A DNA stretch of 64,000 bases from Kiritimatiellia bacterium (GTDB lineage Bacteria > Verrucomicrobiota > Kiritimatiellia > RFP12 > UBA1067): positions 68,591-132,590 of the forward strand of contig JAEDKA010000001.1 of NCBI GenBank assembly GCA_016296065.1, read 5' to 3'. Below the pieces are notes generated by a model that was given only the letters and a program-made list of their open reading frames with translations, was not told the DNA's origin and searched no databases. Within the stretch, counting starts at the first letter, position 1. Every line of letters begins with the position of its first letter. Positions 35,649-43,160 of the stretch are shown here, in pieces. A program made the position numbers and the translations under genes.

Positions 35649-37538
35649 ATGCACATCAGCACCGGAAAACCGGCATTTGTTCTCGCGCTTGCCATCGCCC
35701 TGACGCTTGCCGGAACGGCTGAGGCGACGCGTCTCGGCGAGATACGTACGAATCAGTACCGCGACCTCCAGGCGCGCATCTGCCGCGGATGGAACACGTG
35801 GTACAACAACAGCATGACGGCGCACACTTTTCTCCCAGACGGCTTCACGGTCAACTTCGGCGTCTCGCTGCACAACGGAAAGGAATACCGCCGCGAGTTT
35901 CTCAAGAACGGAAGATCAAGGACAGGCGTCATTCCGGGGCTGAGGTCCGATGACGGACGCTACACGAGCGTCGAGATAGTCCAGAACCAGTTCGCCCTCA
36001 CGCTCGAGACTGCGGCTGACGGAGAAGACCTCGTCGCGCTTGTGACGCCTTCGAACAAATGCGGGCATCTCGTCATAGCGGACGTATTCTATCCGTGGGA
36101 GCGCGACGGGACCGTCGGACGCGCGGGCGATCAGCTCTTCGGGACGCGCGGCGGGCGCAGGTTCACCGTCTCGACGACGGCGGCTCCTGCGAAGATGCCG
36201 TACATGCCGTCCGGCTCTCCGCGGCTCGCCGTGCGGCTCCAGGGGAAGATCGGCTTCTATACCGGCAGGGCGCGCACGCTCGAGGAGATCGAGAAGCTCA
36301 TCGGCGAGCGCCGCGCCGAACAGGAGAAGCGCGTCGCGTCGTGGGGCGAGCATGCCGATTCGTTCCAGGGCATGCAGACGATCCTCGCGTGGAACACAAT
36401 CTACGACGCGCCCAACGGAAGGGCGATCGCTCCGGTGAGCCGGAACTGGAACTACAACTGGGAGGGATGGGTCCTTTTCGACTGGGACACCTACTTCGCG
36501 GCATGGATGCTCTCGTCGTTCAACCGCGACCTCGCCTTCGCAAACGCCGTCGAGATCACGAAGAGTGTGACGGGAGAGGGGTTCGTCCCCAACTACAAGT
36601 CCGCAACCCATGCTTCCGTCGACCGCTCGCAGCCTCCCGTTGGCAGCCGGACGATTCTCGAAATTTACAGGCGGTATCCCGAACGTTGGTTCCTCGAGGA
36701 GACGTATGACGAACTTGTCGCCTGGAACCGCTGGTGGCCTAAAGCCCGCACGTGCGGCGACGGGTTCCTCGCGTGGGGCACGCACAGCTGGAACAAAGAC
36801 GGCACGCGGCGAGTCGGCGGACTGCAGCTTGCGAAGTACGAGTCCGGACTAGACAACTCCCCCATGTTCGACGAGGCGAAGATGATGCCCGATACGTGCA
36901 CGATGGACCAGGCGGACGTCGGGCTGATGGCGATGTATGTGATGGACTGCAAATGCCTGGCCGAAATCGCCGGCATCCTCGACAGGCGCGCCGACCGCGA
37001 GGAGCTTCTCGCACGGGCGAAGGAGTATGACGAGAGACTTAAGACGATGTGGGACGAGAAGACCGGCATCTACCGCAACTTCAGGGTCGGGTCAAGGCAG
37101 TTCCTCGACGTCCTCTCTCCGTGCAACTTCTACGCGCTGCTATCCGGAACGGCGACGAATGAGCAGGCCGACCGCATGATAAACGAGCACTATTTCAATC
37201 CGGAGGAGTTCTACGGCGAGTTCGTGATGCCTGCGAGCGCGCGCAATGCGAGGGGCTTCAAGGACAACAACTACTGGCGCGGACGCATCTGGGCACCGCT
37301 GAACTTCCTTGTCTACATCGGCATGAAGGACTACAGGACGCCGACGGTTGACAAGGCTCGCGCAGACCTCGTGGAGCGCTCGCGCAATTTGCTGATGAAG
37401 AATTGGAAGGAAAACGGCGGGATATACGAGAACTACAATTCCGTGACCGGTGCGGGCGGAGACGCAGGCGCGTCGGACGCCTTCTACCACTGGGGTGCGC
37501 TTCTCACCTTCATCGGAATCCTCGACAGCGGCAGGTAG
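35649..37538 (+). CDS. (alpha/alpha)6-barrel glycosidase, GH63 / trehalase-like
   Basis: 629-aa ORF with the signal peptide MHISTGKPAFVLALAIALTLAGTAEA. The C-terminal motifs NYWRGRIWAPLNFLVYIG and FYHWGALL are typical of GH63/GH37-type (alpha/alpha)6 enzymes. The family call is inference. Confidence 0.75.
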   Translation: MHISTGKPAFVLALAIALTLAGTAEATRLGEIRTNQYRDLQARICRGWNTWYNNSMTAHTFLPDGFTVNFGVSLHNGKEYRREFLKNGRSRTGVIPGLRSDDGRYTSVEIVQNQFALTLETAADGEDLVALVTPSNKCGHLVIADVFYPWERDGTVGRAGDQLFGTRGGRRFTVSTTAAPAKMPYMPSGSPRLAVRLQGKIGFYTGRARTLEEIEKLIGERRAEQEKRVASWGEHADSFQGMQTILAWNTIYDAPNGRAIAPVSRNWNYNWEGWVLFDWDTYFAAWMLSSFNRDLAFANAVEITKSVTGEGFVPNYKSATHASVDRSQPPVGSRTILEIYRRYPERWFLEETYDELVAWNRWWPKARTCGDGFLAWGTHSWNKDGTRRVGGLQLAKYESGLDNSPMFDEAKMMPDTCTMDQADVGLMAMYVMDCKCLAEIAGILDRRADREELLARAKEYDERLKTMWDEKTGIYRNFRVGSRQFLDVLSPCNFYALLSGTATNEQADRMINEHYFNPEEFYGEFVMPASARNARGFKDNNYWRGRIWAPLNFLVYIGMKDYRTPTVDKARADLVERSRNLLMKNWKENGGIYENYNSVTGAGGDAGASDAFYHWGALLTFIGILDSGR

Positions 37539-37560
37539 TCCCTGCCCGGACGGCACTCGT

Positions 37561-37643
37561 GGTCCGTCGCGGAGCGACGGACCCCCTGAGCGCGGCTTCT
37601 TCGTGCGTTTTGCCCAGGGGATTCCGTCGCTCCGCGACGGAAC
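37561..37643. repeat. Large imperfect palindrome built from two mutually reverse-complementary hairpins (REP-like, possible 3'-end stabiliser or terminator)
   Basis: Hairpin 1 is ggtccgtcgc-gga-gcgacggacc (37561-37583). Hairpin 2 is ttccgtcgc-tcc-gcgacggaa (37622-37642). The core tccgtcgcggagcgacgga (563-581) is the exact reverse complement of 623-641. The flanking ccccctg and cagggg extend the long-range pairing. No U-tract follows. Confidence 0.5.
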
Positions 37644-37674
37644 ATTGCCGAGGCAATTGACATCCATCAGACCA

Positions 37675-37740
37675 TTGCGCATTTTTCACGAAAATTTTTG
37701 CGCTGTCGTCACTTGTTGCAACGGTAAAATATGATATAAT
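37675..37740 (+). promoter_or_regulatory. Promoter module copy 6, drives CDS 37763-39670
   Basis: Unit 1 is TTGCGCATTTTTCACG (37675-37690) and unit 2 is TTGCGCTGTCGTCACT (37697-37712). A 32-nt spacer leads to TGaTATAAT (37732-37740). Confidence 0.6.
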
Positions 37741-37925
37741 AGCAACAAACAAAGGAGGTTCTATGGTCATGAAGTCGTTGCATCGCATGGCTGCTAAGTC
37801 GCTGTGGTTTGTGTTGGCGTTCGCCGCTGTGTCGGCGCTTGCCGACGACATGCCGGCGAACTACACGCGGCTCGACTGGATCGAGTCGGACGCCACGAAT
37901 CAGCAGTGGATCGACTCTGGGTACA
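37675..37925 (+). repeat. Duplicated promoter / 5'UTR / signal-peptide cassette, copy A
   Basis: Near-identical to 39725-39975. Shared runs include caaaggaggttctatggtcatgaagtcgttgcatcgcatgg, ctgtggtttgtgttggcgttcgccgctgtgtcggcg and ccggcgaactacacgcg.ctcgactggatcgagtcggacgc. Confidence 0.85.
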
Positions 37926-39670
37926 GTCCTAATACGGCCACAATAATCAACGTTTCATTACTTGCGCGAAGCCCGAAGGACGCATGGGCAGTGTTTTTTG
38001 GTGTGATCGAAGGATCAACCTCTGCAACATCGGTGAGATTTCGCTACGACGGCAATTCCCATCTTCAGGGACTGTTTGGTAACTCAAACGCATCTGAAGG
38101 ACAAATTGACTCCGTTAAAGACGGCGAATATCAGATTGAATTGAAGTCCGGCTGTTTTAACATTACTCGTGCTGGATCGGATCCGGTATCGAAACAACTA
38201 ACTTCCGGCACAACCATCGTAAATGCGCCGATGTACATTTTCTGCCAGAACGAATATACGAGCGCTACGGGCAAATCGGCGCCGAGCCGCTATCAGCCCA
38301 TGCGTCTTTATTCAATGGCGATAAGAGAAGGTGACACGCCGAAGCGCGACTTCATCCCCTGCATGGACGACAAAGGTATCTGCGGTCTGTGGGATAATGT
38401 AGAAGGGAAGTTTTACACGAACAAGGGCACTGGAGCAGGATTTACGGGAGGGGTCACTGTCGCGGCGGGGGCGACTCTTGCAATCCCCGCAAGCAAGAAT
38501 ATTCTTACAGAATCCGAGATCGACGCCATGACGAGCAAAATTGCGCGCTTCGACCCGGACTGCGAAGCTGACATAGATTTCAACAACGATAAAACGATGG
38601 TTCATGCTGTGTTTGATCACGGCAAGATGGCAGTGGACGGGACCCCGTATATTCACGCAACTTACGCAATCGGAGGTGATCGCCGTCCTACCTATTCTCG
38701 CCAGGCGAGAGGCTACGGTCCAGTCCGTGGTTGGATGGATCTTCATGCTGATTCGGATTCCGGCACAAAGAAAGGCAATAATCTTCGCGTCAAGACAGAC
38801 CACTCTTTGAAACATGGCAATGATTCTGGTAGTGTTCCTCTTGGCGTCAAGACCGCATTTATAGTTATGGACAGCAGCTACGGCGGAGGTCTTCCAATTA
38901 TCGACGCAATAAATCCAGGAAACATTGTAAAGGCGCGTACATATAGTGACTTTACGTCTCCGATCTGGGGTAGCGGAACCTCGTCTATCCTCACAGGCGG
39001 AGAGACGAGACTCAACGGCATTGCAGTTAGCGGCACGACAACTGGTTTCACAGGCGCGCCGGAGCTTTTCTCTTTTACAACCGATGGCCATGAATTCAAT
39101 GCCGCTTTCTTCGGTTATTACAACGCCGGTGGTGATCAGGCCTACGAAGTCCTAGGCGAGATCGTTCTGTTCAGCGAAGTGCTTGATGCTGATACGCGCG
39201 GCGGTGTCGAGGCGTATCTTATGAAGAAGTGGCTTGGCACGCTGCCGCCAGGATATGCGGACTGGACGGGCGCGACTGTAAGCGGCGCAGGAACAGTGAC
39301 TGCCGCAGAACCGAAAGGGCTGCCGCAGTTTGACAACTTCACTGGAACGCTCGAGTTTTCGCAGGAGTCCCTTGATTTCACGATCGACTGCGTCAACGGA
39401 ACTGTCGCCGAGGCGTTCGACATCGGCAGTGCGACGCTGAAACTTGCGGATGAAGGTGTTTTCAATCTTTCCTTCAAGGACGGCATCGTTCAGCCGGGGA
39501 CATACATACTCGGCTCATTCGGAACGGTTGACGGAGCCGGGGTGTCTTGCTGGGCAGTGACGCCGGAGTATACGGCAGATGACAGGTACAGGATAAAGGT
39601 CGTTGCCACTACCGATGCCGAACTCGTCGCGAAAGTTATGCCCTTCGGCATGCTGTTCATCGTGCGGTGA
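37763..39670 (+). CDS. Secreted jelly-roll / LamG-type surface protein with an FGMLFIVR-stop tail
   Basis: 635-aa ORF. GGAGG at 37754-37758 precedes ATG 37763; an alternative ATG lies at 37769. The signal peptide is MVMKSLHRMAAKSLWFVLAFAAVSALA. The N-terminal module contains NYTRLDWIESD...RLYSMAI...FIPC. A LamG-like block reads YEVLGEIVLFSEVLDADTRGGVEAYLMKKWLG. The C-terminal ~400 aa are collinear with the end of CDS 39813-43148. Confidence 0.85.
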   Translation: MVMKSLHRMAAKSLWFVLAFAAVSALADDMPANYTRLDWIESDATNQQWIDSGYSPNTATIINVSLLARSPKDAWAVFFGVIEGSTSATSVRFRYDGNSHLQGLFGNSNASEGQIDSVKDGEYQIELKSGCFNITRAGSDPVSKQLTSGTTIVNAPMYIFCQNEYTSATGKSAPSRYQPMRLYSMAIREGDTPKRDFIPCMDDKGICGLWDNVEGKFYTNKGTGAGFTGGVTVAAGATLAIPASKNILTESEIDAMTSKIARFDPDCEADIDFNNDKTMVHAVFDHGKMAVDGTPYIHATYAIGGDRRPTYSRQARGYGPVRGWMDLHADSDSGTKKGNNLRVKTDHSLKHGNDSGSVPLGVKTAFIVMDSSYGGGLPIIDAINPGNIVKARTYSDFTSPIWGSGTSSILTGGETRLNGIAVSGTTTGFTGAPELFSFTTDGHEFNAAFFGYYNAGGDQAYEVLGEIVLFSEVLDADTRGGVEAYLMKKWLGTLPPGYADWTGATVSGAGTVTAAEPKGLPQFDNFTGTLEFSQESLDFTIDCVNGTVAEAFDIGSATLKLADEGVFNLSFKDGIVQPGTYILGSFGTVDGAGVSCWAVTPEYTADDRYRIKVVATTDAELVAKVMPFGMLFIVR

Positions 39671-39724
39671 GGCATGGGATAAACCTGTCGCTGATTCCCG
39701 GGTGAGTTGGCGTGCAACGCGGTA

Positions 39725-39790
39725 TTGCGCGATTTTCACGAAAAATTTTGCGCTGACTTCACTTGTTACAACGCTAAAATATGCTATAAT
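39725..39790 (+). promoter_or_regulatory. Promoter module copy 7, drives CDS 39813-43148 and the downstream operon
   Basis: Unit 1 is TTGCGCGATTTTCACG (39725-39740) and unit 2 is TTGCGCTGACTTCACT (39747-39762). A 32-nt spacer leads to TGcTATAAT (39782-39790). Confidence 0.6.
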
Positions 39791-39975
39791 TACCATAAAC
39801 AAAGGAGGTTCTATGGTCATGAAGTCGTTGCATCGCATGGTTGCTGAGGCTCTGTGGTTTGTGTTGGCGTTCGCCGCTGTGTCGGCGTTTGCCGTTGACC
39901 TGCCGGCGAACTACACGCGTCTCGACTGGATCGAGTCGGACGCGGCTGGTCTTCAGTGGATTGATTCGGGGTACC
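39725..39975 (+). repeat. Duplicated promoter / 5'UTR / signal-peptide cassette, copy B
   Basis: See 37675-37925. The layout is the same: module, a predicted 16-nt leader containing AAAGGAGG, and MVMKSLHRM....LWFVLAFAAVSA.A....PANYTRLDWIESDA. Confidence 0.85.
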
Positions 39976-42900
39976 AGCCGCAGGCGACGACTGTCGTCCG
40001 CGCCTCGATCCTCGCAAGGGCGAGAAGAGTCGACTGGGCGGCGTTCTTCGGCATCATGAGCGACGACAAACCGAACTATTCGGTCGTCTTCCGCTATTTC
40101 AACAACTCTAATTTCAACGGCATCTTCTGCAACTCCGACTATACGGAAGCCGGCATCCCGTCCACGGCGAACCTGGAGTATGATGTAGAGCTAAAAAGCG
40201 GCTCTCTGACGGTCACCGGCAGTGCGGCGACAACGAAGACGATAACCACTGTCAACAGTCCGGCTGCCGCGCCAATCTACATTTTCTGCCAAAACAACTA
40301 TGCATCGTCATCTGGAACGTCGTCGGCGAACCGCCATCAGCCAATGCGCCTCTATTCGATGACGATAAGCGAGGGGAACGTGCCGAAGCGCGAATTCATC
40401 CCCTGCATCGACCCCGACGGGGCATACGGGCTCTGGGATACAGTCGAAGGCGTGTTCTACGGCAACAAAGGTACGAAGGGTGACTTCACAGGCGGTGTCA
40501 TATACAATGCCGCGGCGAACGAGAGGCTTACGATCCCGAGCGCAGCTGGCACAGTCGAACTGCGCGGCGCAAATGCCGCGACATCAGAGTTTGAGATCGA
40601 GTCCGCCGAGGCGGGGACTCTTGTATACGTCATGAATAATTCAAAGGGCGTCACGATTGATTCCGTTGGCGAAGGAGTGAACATCATCGTCCGCAAGATT
40701 CCGTCCTCCGACACTCCCGTGACGCTCGCTCTTCCCGCTGGACAGATGATCGATTCGCTTACGATCGAGGATGGGGTGACAGTATATCTCGAGTCCGGGT
40801 CTGTCGGCTCTTTCGAAGGTACTGGCAAACTCGTTGTACAGGGAGTTGTTGGCTACGGCACGATTTCAGACGGCATCGACGTCAAGATCGAGGCGGACGC
40901 GTCGATGTCGAACATTCTTGACGATGCGCTCGCGTCGGCGCTTGGAGACATTCCCGCGCTCTGGCTCGACGCTTCGGACGAGACGACATTGCAGGAGTAT
41001 TCGTACAATGGGCACACTGTTCCCGACGGGACTTTCCCCGGAATCGTCGTCCGCCGTTGGGATGACGTTCGCGGTGGCTCGGATCGTCTCTATGCCGTGA
41101 ACGCCCGTTCGTCGACAGGCTCTACCGACGGTGGCTACATACGGACGATGCCGTATTCCGTCACGAACGAACTTAACGGGCTGACTGTTGTCTCTTTCGG
41201 AACCTCCGGCGGAAATGTCGGTGGCGCGCAGAACTCGATAGACGCGAACGGCAATCCTGCGACCGACTCGCGGGCGGAGCAGCGCCGTATGGTTTTCAAC
41301 CAGCCGATTGCGTCTAAGACGATCGTGATGGTCTACGGCTCGCAGGACGGCGGCGGCATGGCGCTTGTGGGCGGTTGGAAGAGCGGGCAGACCGGCGAGG
41401 CGCAGAATCCTCTTCCCGGCGAGACGATCGCTGCTTCTGGACAACCAACGTACTACAACCGCAATGCGGCGAACATCGAGTCTACGACAATAGCGAATGG
41501 CCGCAAGAATGTCCCTTGCTGGGTCGATGGTACGGCGATAGTGCCGAACGAGACGGCTGCACTTGACGGTGGGTACCAGATTATCTCACTAGGCGTCGCG
41601 CCGGGCGATTCGCCGAGCGTGCGCTCGCTCGGCATGTCAGACGAGTATCAGAATGCCGGCGGACAGCGTTACGGCGAAATACTCATTTTCACCAACGAGC
41701 TGACAACCGTGCAGCGCAAGGCCGTCGAGTTCTATCTCGCGAAGAAGTGGGGCCTGACCGAAGGGTACAGTGCAGGTGGACGTCCGCGTTCCCTCGAAAT
41801 AGCGGATGGAGGTTCGTTTGAGACGGTCGACTCCACGATCGACATTTCGCACAGCGGCGGAACCATCTCGGTATGCGGCGCGCTCGAGGCAGGCGGTGTT
41901 GCTGTCGGAAGTGTTTCCATCGCCGAAGGTGCTTCCCTTACTCTCCCGGCCGCGGATCCGTTCACTGAAGAGCAGGTGGATGCCGTTGATGGCAGGATTG
42001 CGCGCTTTGACCCCGACTGCACTGATGACATTTTCTTCAACAACCAGAATGACCAGGGGATCCGGTTGATATGCGACCACGGCAAAGGCGGTGTGGAAGA
42101 CGCGACTTGCCTCTATGCCTACTACACTGGTACTGGAAACGACAGGCGTCCTGTCTGGTCGAAGTCGGCCAGGGGCTTCGGACCTGAACGTGGCTGGATG
42201 GATTTCTACGCTTGGGCGACGTCCAGCGATGTCAAGGGCGACAATCTGCGTTTTACGACGTCAGGGAATTCCGTCCGGAACACAAGCGCCAACAACAATC
42301 CTACAGCTGTCGCCAAGTCCATCAAGACCGCGTTTATCGTGATGGACAGCTGCTATGGCGGCGGACTTCCCATCATCGACAAGGTTTCTCCCGACGGTGG
42401 CAGCATAGTCAGAGGACGTTCTTCGTACACAGACCCGACCGCGCCGATCTGGGGCAGCGGTACATCGCAGATCCTGACCGGGGGCGAGACCAGGATTAAC
42501 GGAATGGCTGTTGATGGTACAAAAACAGGCTTCACGGGTGCGCCCGAGCTCTTCTCGTTCACGACGAACGGTGACGATTTCAACGCATCCTATTTCGGTC
42601 TCTACAACGCCGGTAATCCAGAGCGGTCTTATGAAGTCCTTGGCGAGATCGTTGTGTTCAGCAATGTGCTTGACGATGAGACGCGCGGCGGGATCGAGGC
42701 GTATCTCATGAAGAAGTGGCTTAACATGCTGCCGCCAGGATATGCGGACTGGACCGGCGCGACTGTAAGCGGAGCGGGAACGGTGAAGGCGCAGCGTCCG
42801 AAGGACCTTCCTCAGTTCGAGAACTTCTCCGGCACGCTTGAGTTCACGGCGGCGACACTTCCGTTCACTCTTGACGGCGAGACGAAGACGGCCCTCGACG

Positions 42901-43148
42901 CGTTCGACATTGGCGACGCGACGCTGAAACTCCCTGCGGAAGGCGAGATAGTCATTTCGTTCGCCGGGCGCGCACGGATAGGCACCTACACGCTCGGCAC
43001 ATTCGGCTCGCTCGTCGCGCCAGGCATCGCGGACTGGACCTGTACGCCGTGCACTGCGGACGGCAGGTATAAGATCAGAGTTAAGGTGCAGCACGGTTCG
43101 CTCATTGCGGACGTCGTCTCCTCGGGCCTTAACGTGCGAATTCGCTAA
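39813..43148 (+). CDS. Giant secreted jelly-roll / double-LamG-type surface protein with a GLNVRIR-stop tail
   Basis: The ORF-track start at 39603 is TTG and overlaps the previous gene and the promoter. ATG 39813 follows GGAGG (39804-39808) and gives the same signal peptide as CDS 37763. There are two LamG-like blocks (GEILIFTNELTTVQRKAVEFYLAKKWGL and YEVLGEIVVFSNVLDDETRGGIEAYLMKKWLN). Confidence 0.85.
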   Translation: MVMKSLHRMVAEALWFVLAFAAVSAFAVDLPANYTRLDWIESDAAGLQWIDSGYQPQATTVVRASILARARRVDWAAFFGIMSDDKPNYSVVFRYFNNSNFNGIFCNSDYTEAGIPSTANLEYDVELKSGSLTVTGSAATTKTITTVNSPAAAPIYIFCQNNYASSSGTSSANRHQPMRLYSMTISEGNVPKREFIPCIDPDGAYGLWDTVEGVFYGNKGTKGDFTGGVIYNAAANERLTIPSAAGTVELRGANAATSEFEIESAEAGTLVYVMNNSKGVTIDSVGEGVNIIVRKIPSSDTPVTLALPAGQMIDSLTIEDGVTVYLESGSVGSFEGTGKLVVQGVVGYGTISDGIDVKIEADASMSNILDDALASALGDIPALWLDASDETTLQEYSYNGHTVPDGTFPGIVVRRWDDVRGGSDRLYAVNARSSTGSTDGGYIRTMPYSVTNELNGLTVVSFGTSGGNVGGAQNSIDANGNPATDSRAEQRRMVFNQPIASKTIVMVYGSQDGGGMALVGGWKSGQTGEAQNPLPGETIAASGQPTYYNRNAANIESTTIANGRKNVPCWVDGTAIVPNETAALDGGYQIISLGVAPGDSPSVRSLGMSDEYQNAGGQRYGEILIFTNELTTVQRKAVEFYLAKKWGLTEGYSAGGRPRSLEIADGGSFETVDSTIDISHSGGTISVCGALEAGGVAVGSVSIAEGASLTLPAADPFTEEQVDAVDGRIARFDPDCTDDIFFNNQNDQGIRLICDHGKGGVEDATCLYAYYTGTGNDRRPVWSKSARGFGPERGWMDFYAWATSSDVKGDNLRFTTSGNSVRNTSANNNPTAVAKSIKTAFIVMDSCYGGGLPIIDKVSPDGGSIVRGRSSYTDPTAPIWGSGTSQILTGGETRINGMAVDGTKTGFTGAPELFSFTTNGDDFNASYFGLYNAGNPERSYEVLGEIVVFSNVLDDETRGGIEAYLMKKWLNMLPPGYADWTGATVSGAGTVKAQRPKDLPQFENFSGTLEFTAATLPFTLDGETKTALDAFDIGDATLKLPAEGEIVISFAGRARIGTYTLGTFGSLVAPGIADWTCTPCTADGRYKIRVKVQHGSLIADVVSSGLNVRIR

Positions 43149-43160
43149 GAAACCAGAAAC

